Shown piece after piece: positions 1 to 9,000 of a DNA stretch of 26,787 bases. The DNA comes from a virus (lineage: Duplodnaviria > Caudoviricetes), in the IMG/VR virus record IMGVR_UViG_3300048882_000144, positions 1 to 26,787 of that record, one strand, 5' to 3'. Each line of letters opens with the position of its first letter. Position 1 is the first letter of the stretch. The notes beneath the pieces were generated by a model, which saw only the letters and a list, made by a program, of their open reading frames with translations, had not been told where the DNA came from and searched no databases. The translations under genes were made by a program, and so were the position numbers.

Positions 1-1
1 T

Positions 2-481
2 GGTATGTATGGTGGTAGAATGATTGCTCATAATATACTTACAAAATCAATCGAAACGTATGATATCACAAACACACCAAAGGGTAGTAAATTGGGTGAT
101 GTTGGTTTTGGTGACGTATTTAAGAATGAACAAGAACCTACTTCACATATAGGATATATGAGTTCTAATTACTTATATGATATTCACGACAAAGAAGAAA
201 GGTCTCATTACCCTTTATATGATATGAAATTGTCTGAACTGAGGTCTACTTTAATTAAATTAACACTTCCTGGTGATACTAATATATTCGCAGGTAATAC
301 TTTTGAATTATTGCTACCTTCTACGACATACGATTCTCAAGAAATGGATAGATATATGAGTGGTAATTATTTAATTACTGCTATCCATCATAAAATAAAT
401 TCAGCAGGTTATGAAATGACTATGGAATGTTCAAAAGACGGGTTTGATTTTGAACTCGATGAAAGTACAATGGAACAATAG
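2..481 (+). CDS. C-terminal part of a baseplate hub/tail protein (gp27/gp44-like, upstream of gp5); 5' truncated by the window
   Basis: The frame is open from position 2 (GGT before the ATG at 5), so the true start is probably outside the window. The C-terminus 'LTLPGDTNIFAGNTFELLLPS...DRYMSGNYLITAIHHKI...YEMTMECSKDG' matches the pattern ending contractile-tail hub proteins. The gene lies directly before gp5. Confidence 0.65.
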   Translation, partial: GMYGGRMIAHNILTKSIETYDITNTPKGSKLGDVGFGDVFKNEQEPTSHIGYMSSNYLYDIHDKEERSHYPLYDMKLSELRSTLIKLTLPGDTNIFAGNTFELLLPSTTYDSQEMDRYMSGNYLITAIHHKINSAGYEMTMECSKDGFDFELDESTMEQ

Positions 482-489
482 GATATATT

Positions 490-1509
490 ATGCAATTAAT
501 GGGATTTGATAGTTTTATTTGGTTTACTGGTGTTGTTGAAGACAGAGATGATCCAATGAGGTTAGGAAGAGTGCGTGTTAGAATGTTTCATTTACACACA
601 GAAAAAAAGGTTAAAGGTATATCTGAAGGTATTCCTACGGAAGATTTGCCTTGGGCATACCCTATGCAACCCATTACATCCGCTGCGGTTAATGGTATAG
701 GAACTACTCCACTCGGTCCAGTAGAAGGAACGCATGTTGTTGGTTTCTTTAGAGACGGAACAAATTGCCAAGACCCAGTTGTTATGGGAACTCTTGGAGG
801 ATATCCATTAGATTTGCCTGGAGAAAGTGGATTTAATGATCCTAATAAGAAATATCCAAGAAAAGAGAATTTAAAAGAACCAGATACTCATAGACGTGCG
901 GTGGTTGATTTTGAAGATCCGGTAGAAGGGGAACTTTGGTCTAGCAAAACAACTCAATTAGATGATGACCACGAACCAGAAGATGGAAGTGACGCAATTA
1001 GAGTACAAGATGTTGGGGTTACTCTAGCAAGAAACCCAGGAACGACTTGGGACGAACCAGAAAACCCTTTTGCGGCAGAGTATCCGTTCAACCATGTGCG
1101 TGAATCCGAAAGTGGTCACATAGAAGAGTGGGACGACACACCAGAAGCAGAACGTTTGATGCGTTGGCACAAGTCCGGAACGTTTGAAGAAATTCACCCG
1201 TCGGGACAAAAAGTAACAAAGGTAGTTGCAGATAATTACCATATTACTATGGGTGATGAGTTTATTCATATTAGAAAGGATAAGGATACATTTGGTGGGG
1301 ATTTGTATGTGACAATTGAAGGTGGGTGTCATATGCATATTAAAGAAGATTATAACTTACAAGTAGACGGTGATATGAATATGGATGTCGCAGGTGCTTG
1401 GAATGTTAATGTGATGGGGAATACTAAGATTATGACAGCAGGTACTAAAATGGATGAGTCGGCATTGAATCATACCATTAAAGGTGCTATTATACACTTA
1501 AATCCATAG
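490..1509 (+). CDS. gp5: Baseplate central spike gp5-like (OB-fold plus short beta-helix, no lysozyme domain)
   Basis: OB-fold motifs WFTGVVEDRDDPMRLGRVRVR and LPWAYPMQPITSAA..GIG..P.GPVEGTHVVGFFRDG. Post-lysozyme motif YPFNHVRESESGHIEEWDDTPEAERL..HKSGTFEEI. Short V.G-repeat beta-helix ending IHLNP. AGGA RBS upstream. Confidence 0.93.
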   Translation: MQLMGFDSFIWFTGVVEDRDDPMRLGRVRVRMFHLHTEKKVKGISEGIPTEDLPWAYPMQPITSAAVNGIGTTPLGPVEGTHVVGFFRDGTNCQDPVVMGTLGGYPLDLPGESGFNDPNKKYPRKENLKEPDTHRRAVVDFEDPVEGELWSSKTTQLDDDHEPEDGSDAIRVQDVGVTLARNPGTTWDEPENPFAAEYPFNHVRESESGHIEEWDDTPEAERLMRWHKSGTFEEIHPSGQKVTKVVADNYHITMGDEFIHIRKDKDTFGGDLYVTIEGGCHMHIKEDYNLQVDGDMNMDVAGAWNVNVMGNTKIMTAGTKMDESALNHTIKGAIIHLNP

Positions 1510-1518
1510 GAGTAAGTC

Positions 1519-3534
1519 ATGGGAATGTTCAACGATGTTAATGATGCAATGGGGCAAGTTGGTGGTTTACTAAAATCACCTGCAATGTCTTCTGTTGATA
1601 ATATGAAGAACGCATCTACAAGTTTAAATGTAACAGCAAACTTGGATCAATACACATTAGAGCAAGGGTTTCCTGGACACGGTAATGCATTTTATCAACA
1701 GATGCAAGAGATACAAAACCTTTCTGATGCATTTGATGAATGTGGTAATTATGCTCAAGACTTAGTTCAAGCATCTACTGAGGACTATATTAAGAGTACT
1801 GGTATTCAAGAAGCAGGAAGGGATCTCGCCAATACGTTAGGTCAATATAAAGACGAAATTGATTGTGCAGCAGGTTTTGCTACACTATTCGATTCTAAAG
1901 GTATATTAGATGACGTATTAGGTATCGGAGATTTACCTCAAATACAATCCCGTGTACAGCAGATTATAAAAGACGCAACAAACCCAAATAAACTTGCTAA
2001 TATGATTACAAACCTTGACGCAGTTCAGGGATTATTGCAACCATTTAATGACTTCTGTACAGGGATGAAAGACGCATTGAATCAATTGGTTGCAAAAGAT
2101 TTAGCATCTATGAATGCTATTCTAAACAAGTTAGCACAATGGGCAGCCTTTACCAACCTAGCAACAAGTGACCCTTGTGCTTTGGTGAATAATAATAAGA
2201 TGTTTTCTGCAATCACAGACCCAGTAATGGACGATATTCTAGATCTATATGATGGATTGCTTGGTGGTAATGTGGGCGATACAATCGGTGATATATTTGC
2301 ACCAGACACACCAACAGCATTAATTGGAGGTTCTTCTCTAAACCAAGTCGGAGCAAGTGCAGTTCCTTTTGGTGAGTATTTCTCAACTATTGGTACTGAT
2401 ATCGGAGGAGGTATTACAGCAAGTATTGGTAATATTGTAAAATCGTCAGGAGAACAACTTAGTGATTTTTTAGGACTGGATGATGGTGGGACAGTTGTAG
2501 CAACATATACCAAAAGTTGGAATGGAACAGAGTGGGTTAGAGACGAAGACAATACTATTATTTCTGGTGTAGAATCTGTGACTGCCGGAGCTCTGGCAGG
2601 GAACAACTCATTCAACCCAGCATTAGATAACTTTAAAAAGATGAAAGAAGGTGTTGAGTTTGAAGCATTTAATAATACAAATGCTGTTAAAACTATTATT
2701 TCTGAGTCATGTAGGGACGGTGTTGGGTCAAACCAATCCGATTGTTTAGCAAGTGGTGGAGCATGGTCTACTTCTAAATATTACCCAACAAACAAAGCAA
2801 TTTCGGACGCTGCGAAAGGGTTGGGTGTCGCTTCGTTTGATGATGTTGCAAGTGGTTCTGATTTATTCAATACAACAACCGAAATTACAGATTTGAATGC
2901 CGTTGAGAATGGTATTGATAATGATTTAGCAACAGAAAGTGTTTCTGGAGGAAATGTCGATTTGAATGCTGTTGAGAATGGTATTGATAATGATTTAGCA
3001 ACAGAAGAACCTCCAGGTTCAGGAGCAGACACACCGTCAAACTCAGGTGGATCTGGTGTCGGAAAATCCCAAAGTGTATCAAAATCAATAAATAGGAGTG
3101 TAGGAAGGTCGGCTACAGCAACATCATTTACACCACGAGCACCAAGTGCGTCTAGAAGACCGGAACAAGGTAAAACCCCTTTCTCTAAATCTGCGAATAA
3201 TATCTCAAACTCAACAGGAGCTAAGGTACAAACTCCAGGTTCTACTAATTCCTTTGAAGATAATATTTCTTCGTTTGATTCTGACACAAATGCGGTCAAA
3301 AACGCAATTAGTTCTGGTGATTTTTCTAATATAACATCGTGTAGGTGTGTTGGAGGAAAGGTGTATGATACTGATGCGGGTTCATGTGCAGCCAGTGGTG
3401 GGTTATGGAAATGCCAAAAAGGAACATCTGGATTACCATCAGGGAGTATGAAATCAAACGATATGATAACGAACGCAAGAAATGTTGAACTTAGTTCAGT
3501 TCTTCCTACATCGTCAGCATTTAAGGGGTTATAG
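1519..3534 (+). CDS. Hypothetical 671-aa protein between spike and PAAR
   Basis: Long ORF with AGGAG RBS, tightly packed between neighbours. The N-terminal half looks helical and acidic; the C-terminal part is Ser/Gly-rich and low-complexity. It contains two Cys..Cys..GGxW modules and a 16-aa duplication. No family recognised. Confidence 0.85.
   Translation: MGMFNDVNDAMGQVGGLLKSPAMSSVDNMKNASTSLNVTANLDQYTLEQGFPGHGNAFYQQMQEIQNLSDAFDECGNYAQDLVQASTEDYIKSTGIQEAGRDLANTLGQYKDEIDCAAGFATLFDSKGILDDVLGIGDLPQIQSRVQQIIKDATNPNKLANMITNLDAVQGLLQPFNDFCTGMKDALNQLVAKDLASMNAILNKLAQWAAFTNLATSDPCALVNNNKMFSAITDPVMDDILDLYDGLLGGNVGDTIGDIFAPDTPTALIGGSSLNQVGASAVPFGEYFSTIGTDIGGGITASIGNIVKSSGEQLSDFLGLDDGGTVVATYTKSWNGTEWVRDEDNTIISGVESVTAGALAGNNSFNPALDNFKKMKEGVEFEAFNNTNAVKTIISESCRDGVGSNQSDCLASGGAWSTSKYYPTNKAISDAAKGLGVASFDDVASGSDLFNTTTEITDLNAVENGIDNDLATESVSGGNVDLNAVENGIDNDLATEEPPGSGADTPSNSGGSGVGKSQSVSKSINRSVGRSATATSFTPRAPSASRRPEQGKTPFSKSANNISNSTGAKVQTPGSTNSFEDNISSFDSDTNAVKNAISSGDFSNITSCRCVGGKVYDTDAGSCAASGGLWKCQKGTSGLPSGSMKSNDMITNARNVELSSVLPTSSAFKGL
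2890..3006 (+). repeat. 48-bp direct repeat (2890-2937 and 2959-3006), 47/48 identical, encoding DLNAVENGIDNDLATE twice
   Basis: gatttgaatgc(c/t)gttgagaatggtattgataatgatttagcaacagaa occurs twice, 69 nt apart, in frame. Confidence 0.95.
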
Positions 3535-3535
3535 A

Positions 3536-3826
3536 ATGCCGTCAGCAGTCAGGTTAGGTGATGTTTGTACTGGGCACGGGTGCTACGGAGGAAGAGCTAA
3601 TGTATCAGCATCAGGAAACGTTATGATTAATAGTCGTGGTGCACATAGAGTCGGAGATGGTTGGGGTGAGCACGGTTGTGTGGTGTGTCCTGACCACGGA
3701 AGTAGTCAAGCATCAGGGAGTCCTACAGTATTTGTAAATAGTAGACCACTAGCAAGGGTAGGCGATTCTGTTGCGTGTGGGAGCGCAAATTCGACAGGTT
3801 CTGGTAACGTAATTGCTAATGGTTAG
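3536..3826 (+). CDS. gp5.4: PAAR-repeat spike-tip protein (T4 gp5.4-like), 96 aa
   Basis: MPSAVRLGDVCTGHGC...GAHRVGDGWGEHGC..CPDH...VFVNSRPLARVGDSVACG has three PAAR-like repeats with His/His/His/Cys metal ligands. The ATG at 3536 lies 1 nt after the upstream stop and has an AAGGGG RBS, so it is preferred over the track start at 3482. Confidence 0.93.
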   Translation: MPSAVRLGDVCTGHGCYGGRANVSASGNVMINSRGAHRVGDGWGEHGCVVCPDHGSSQASGSPTVFVNSRPLARVGDSVACGSANSTGSGNVIANG

Positions 3827-3834
3827 TATAAATA
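3827..3834 (+). promoter_or_regulatory. T4-type late promoter (gp55 sigma) TATAAATA
   Basis: Exact consensus in the intergenic gap just upstream of gp25. Confidence 0.8.
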
Positions 3835-3861
3835 TAGTATAGTGATATAAAGGGATTATAG

Positions 3862-4266
3862 ATGAAACCGATACGCAGAGGCATCAACAGACGTTATAAA
3901 GATATCGATTTAGATATGATTGTGCACCCACACACGGACGATATTGTTGGTAGATACGATGATGAGGCTCTAACTGGGTCTATTTTAAACATTATCAAAA
4001 CTCGAAAGGGTGAAAGGGTATTTAACCCAGATTTTGGTTCAAATGTATATCACTCGTTATTTGAACCGATGACTTCTACCTGCAGAATCACCCTTGAAGC
4101 ACAAATTGAAAACGCATTGCATCAGTGGGAACCAAGGATAGTATTAAATTTTGTAAATATTACGGCAGAGGAAGAAAGAAATGCTTATAATGTTTCTATT
4201 GGATATACTCCAGTTTCTGGTGGTGCAATGAGAGAAATTGAGTTCTTTTTAAATAGATTAAGATAA
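3862..4266 (+). CDS. gp25: Baseplate wedge/sheath-initiator gp25-like
   Basis: YKDIDL...SILNIIKTRKGERVFNPDFGSNVYHSLFE...ENALHQWEPRI is the GPW/gp25 family signature; the gene lies before gp6. Confidence 0.93.
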   Translation: MKPIRRGINRRYKDIDLDMIVHPHTDDIVGRYDDEALTGSILNIIKTRKGERVFNPDFGSNVYHSLFEPMTSTCRITLEAQIENALHQWEPRIVLNFVNITAEEERNAYNVSIGYTPVSGGAMREIEFFLNRLR

Positions 4267-4275
4267 AGGTGTAAT

Positions 4276-6048
4276 ATGGCACAACATGATAAACAATTAA
4301 AAGTTTCAGAATTAGAATTTGATAACGTTAAAAAGAATATCAAGGACTTTTTAAGAGACCAAGACACATTTACTGACTACGATTTTGAAGGGTCGGGCAT
4401 GTCTGTTATGTTAGATGTAATGGCATATACTACTCATTATATGGGATTTCATGCTAATATGGCAATCAATGAGTCCTTCCTAGATACAGCAACACTCAGA
4501 AATTCGGTAGTATCTCACGCAAAGTCTATTGGTTATACACCAAGTTCAGTTACTTCTTCCGAGGCAATTATTAAGTTATCTTTTGATACTACTGGACTTG
4601 ACCCACTTTCGATTCCTGTTGAAAAAGGAACAACGTTTACATCTACAGTAAATGGTTCTGCTTTACAATTCGTTGCTCTAGAAACTGTGAATATATTCCC
4701 AGATGAGTCTGGAGACTTCACTGGTGAAATCAAAGTGAACCAAGGAACAATGAAAACTTTAGAGTGGGACGTTGATGGTACAGCCACCCAATCGTATTTT
4801 ATTAGAGACGCAGGATGTGACCGAGCTACTATCGATTTGGGTATTATTGAACCACCATCAACTTTTTCAGTTCCGTGGACTAATAATGAATTATTGTCAG
4901 AACTAGTTCCTTTCTCTCAAGTATGGTTTGTACAAGAAGGGTTAGATGAAGTTACTGAAATCTATTTTGGCAATGGTATATTTGGTAAAATTCCAAAACA
5001 AGGACAAACCGTTTCTGTTGAATATTTATCAACTAATGGCGAAGTCGGAAACTATACATCTACAATTAGAGACCAACTGTTTTCACTAGATGTTACTATT
5101 GGTGAAAATTATGATTCAAATAGAGTTACTATTGAAACTGTAAACTCTTCCAACCTTGGTGCATCTGCAGAATCTACTGAATCAATTAGACAAACAGCAC
5201 CTAAGTCTTATGAAAGACAAAACCGTGCTGTAACTGCCGAAGATTATAAAACTATTCTTTTAGAAAAATACCCTAATATTGATTCTATCAGTGTATGGGG
5301 AGGTGAAGACAATGATCCACCTCAATACGGTGCTGTGTTTATATCAATTAAACCTAAGCACGGTCTAGAGTTATCTCCTATTACTAAGAATCATATTAAA
5401 GATGATATTCTTAGTAAATATAATATGTTAGCAATTAACCCTATTATTGTTACTCCAGAATACACGTATATTGATATCGAAACAACAGTTAATTTCGATC
5501 CACTGAAAACTTCATTATCTCTCGGTGAGATCCAGAACTCGGTTAGAGATTCTGTTTCTGCGTTCTTTGAGAGTGAGATTACTGAATTTAAAGTTGATTT
5601 GAAGTTCTCTAAAATGACTAGGGTTATTGATGATGCAGAAGGTTCTATTACTAATAATACAACTACATTAAAGATTTATAAGAAATTTTATACTCAAGCA
5701 TCTAATACTATCGGTAACTACATATTCAAATTTAATAATAAATTGAATCCAGGTTCTGTTGTATCTTCTGTATTTGGTTCTACTACAGACGGGTCTCAAA
5801 TGGCATTGTTAGATGACGGTCAAGGTAATGTATTGCTTTATGATATTATAGCAGAAGGATTCATTAATACGGCACAAGGAAGCATTGATTACGAAGAAGG
5901 AACTATTGAATTAATTGGATTTAACCCAGTCCTTGATAACAATACAGTAATATCTTTATATGGTGTACCGAAAATTAATGATATCAGCACAATACGTAAT
6001 AATCTATTGGTACTAAATAGTACAAACGTTATTGTCAAACCCATCTAA
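4276..6048 (+). CDS. gp6: Baseplate wedge subunit gp6
   Basis: ELEFDNVKKNIKDFL...FTDYDFEGSGMSVMLDVMAY.THY...ANMAINESFLDTATLRNSVVSHAKSIGY; QNRAVTAEDY; VWGGEDNDPPQYGAVFISIKP. Confidence 0.95.
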   Translation: MAQHDKQLKVSELEFDNVKKNIKDFLRDQDTFTDYDFEGSGMSVMLDVMAYTTHYMGFHANMAINESFLDTATLRNSVVSHAKSIGYTPSSVTSSEAIIKLSFDTTGLDPLSIPVEKGTTFTSTVNGSALQFVALETVNIFPDESGDFTGEIKVNQGTMKTLEWDVDGTATQSYFIRDAGCDRATIDLGIIEPPSTFSVPWTNNELLSELVPFSQVWFVQEGLDEVTEIYFGNGIFGKIPKQGQTVSVEYLSTNGEVGNYTSTIRDQLFSLDVTIGENYDSNRVTIETVNSSNLGASAESTESIRQTAPKSYERQNRAVTAEDYKTILLEKYPNIDSISVWGGEDNDPPQYGAVFISIKPKHGLELSPITKNHIKDDILSKYNMLAINPIIVTPEYTYIDIETTVNFDPLKTSLSLGEIQNSVRDSVSAFFESEITEFKVDLKFSKMTRVIDDAEGSITNNTTTLKIYKKFYTQASNTIGNYIFKFNNKLNPGSVVSSVFGSTTDGSQMALLDDGQGNVLLYDIIAEGFINTAQGSIDYEEGTIELIGFNPVLDNNTVISLYGVPKINDISTIRNNLLVLNSTNVIVKPI

Positions 6049-6063
6049 TAGATAAAGGTAATT

Positions 6064-9000
6064 ATGTCTAATAAGCAATTCACTGAGTCACCAGCGAAGT
6101 TTCTTTCTATATTTGTAGAAAGAATGGTTCCGGACTATGTTCAAGAAGACCATCCTATGTTCGTTACATTCATGCAAAAGTATTTTGAATACTTGGAGCG
6201 TGATGCTGACGTCAATGGTGAGTTGGGTGAATATAAACAAATATCAGATTTAATTCAAAATGTTGATATTGACCACACATTAGACCAATTCATTCCAGAA
6301 TTTGAGAAACAATACCTTCACAATATACCACAAGAAGCAATTGGTGTGGAAGTCCCGACCACAAATAAAGCATTCCTTGCTAAGAATATTAAAGAATCTT
6401 ATAAAGAAAAGGGTACTAAAAGTGCTTTGGACTTTCTATTCAGACGTGAATTTAATACAGAAGCATATGTAGCATACCCTAAAGACTTTATGTTGAAGTC
6501 GTCTGGTTCAGTTTGGTATGAACCACAATGGTTAGTAGTTTCAGAAGCAGAAGAAGATGTAAAGAAACTTTATAATAAGAAAGTAATTGGACAAATTTCT
6601 GGTGCGTCTGCATTTGTAGACATCGAAGAATTTGCTACTATGCCAGAACCAGAAAGGTTAATTTTGACTCAGGTTGAAGGTTCTTTTGTTCAAGGTGAGG
6701 AAGTATGGGAAGAGGTTGGTACTAGTGGAACTACTCCTAATAAATTAACAGTAGTTTCTGATGGTGTTATTGCGCCTGCCACTTGTTACATTAATGGTGT
6801 TGCGTGGAGTACTACTTACGGAGCAAACGTTCCGCAAACTAAAATTGCATGTGAGTCTTTAAAAGAAACAGACAATACAATTAAAACTGCTGTTTGGTTA
6901 CCGAACGGTTATTGGGTTGATTCTACAGGTTTCTTATCTTCAGATCGTAAGATGCAAGACAACAATTACTACCAAGACTTTTCTTATGTAATTCGTTCAG
7001 ACGTTCCTATACAAGCATATAGAGACGTATTAAAGAAATTAGTGCATCCAGTTGGACTTAAATTATTCGCAGAATATATGTTTGAGTCGACAGTTCCTAT
7101 GGGAACGCAACTACCTGAAAAATACGCTGCGTACCTTATTTCGATATTCGCATACCTTGATGTTGCTGTTGACGTTTACCCTATCGGTAAATGTTCGGAT
7201 TACCAAATTACAGACGAGAATTTATGTATTGATAGTGGAGCAACTTGGACTAGAGGGCAAAGTTACCGCACTACTCATCGCAAAACATACGATTGGACAA
7301 GACCAGAAACGTTTGAATTACAAGAGGATGTTATTATTCCTTGGAATCATATGCGTTGGGACGGATCTACACGTGAAGATGTAGTCAGCGGAGTTCCTCA
7401 AGGAAGTGGTCAAGACGAAGTAGTAGTATCCGGAACAATAATCAACACAACTTTACCTAAAGGTGAAGAACGTTACAGAACAAAGGTTTGGAAGTGTTCT
7501 GAACCGACAGGCAACTACTCTTATGGTAATGACGCAGAACTGCTAACAGCAAGCACTAATTGTTTTGCTGCAGGTGGAGAGTGGGCACAACATATTGCAG
7601 GATCTAATTACTCAGATATGACAGATGAGTGGATCTTCGTTGACGACCAATGGAAACCTGAGAGCATATACAGCAAGAAAGAAACTCAAATTGGCGAAGA
7701 ACATGAAGGGTTTGAGAAATTCTTAGACCAAGGGTTTGAGGATTATGTATTAGAGATCCTAAAGAAAACTGAAGTAAGATCTGAAATTGCAGATCCATTA
7801 GATTGGAATCATCCTACGGACCACCTTTTAGTCGATATTACAACAGAAGCTGATTTGATTGGTACTAGACTTCATAGTAAGTTGTATCAAGTCTTCACGA
7901 TGAATGAAAATATTAAGTTAGGACTTGATGCATTCCCTGAAGAATTAGTATTGGCATATTATCAGCAAATCAAACTTCTTGATATCGCAGAACAACATGC
8001 GTTAGATAATACATTAAATATACGCAGAACTCTTAAAGGTATTAAAGAATACCAAACAACAAATTCTGTATGTTCAGACCCATCAATAACAGCATACGCA
8101 GAATGTGTTGACGGTGGTGCCTGTTCAGATTCAACTTACAACAACGACGAATATTCGTGTTTAAATGTTGGTTCTTGTTCTAGTAGTGCTAATGGTCTAT
8201 TTACAGAATTATTATGCGAAGGTGCCGGATTCTTATGGACTGCACAAGCAGTTGCGAATACATGGACGGCGTCTGGCAATACTTGGACACACGAGACTGT
8301 AGATTGGTTAGGAACTTATAACGAAGAATTCAAAGCAACCGACGGACGTATGGTTGGTTGTGAGATTTGGGAATTATTGGTTGCTAAAGGTCTTGAATCT
8401 ATTTTAGAACACCAGCTTACGTTCGTTCAAGTAGAATCATACGCACCAGAACAAAACTACCGTTTTTGGGAACAGAATAGAGAAAATTCAATAATTCAAT
8501 CTATTTACGGTAACACGAACGATATTATTGATGCTGTGCATATTGAAGCATTTGATGTTGACGGAGGAATACGTACACATACGCACGGTCAGGTAGACGG
8601 TTTTGCCCCTATGGTCGACACAGTATTAACTAAAGGTGTAGATTTACCTCAAATGGCAGTTGGTGCTTCTGCATTCCATACTCACGCATTTGACGGAACA
8701 GAATTAAAGAATTTATTGGTACACGGAAAGTCGATAGACGCTAGTGGCATTTCATACCAACAAACTCGTGACTTATTAAACCGTGAAGCATTCGAAGTTC
8801 CTGCGATGCACGGTGCAAACCTTGTATGTGGTGGAATTATGACTCCTCCTCTATGGGGCGACTGGGTAGACTCTCATCAAGATCCACGATACAACGGAAA
8901 TACTCATCCATATGGTGGAGGAGAATGTTTCAATTCAATTTATGATAATCCTACAGACTGTGTTGCCGCTTATGGTGGTAACTGGATGTTCTGGATGCCT

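Noticed and set aside
3482-3535. Track start of the PAAR ORF at 3482
   Set aside because: It overlaps the upstream gene. The ATG at 3536 has an RBS and gives the canonical PAAR N-terminus.
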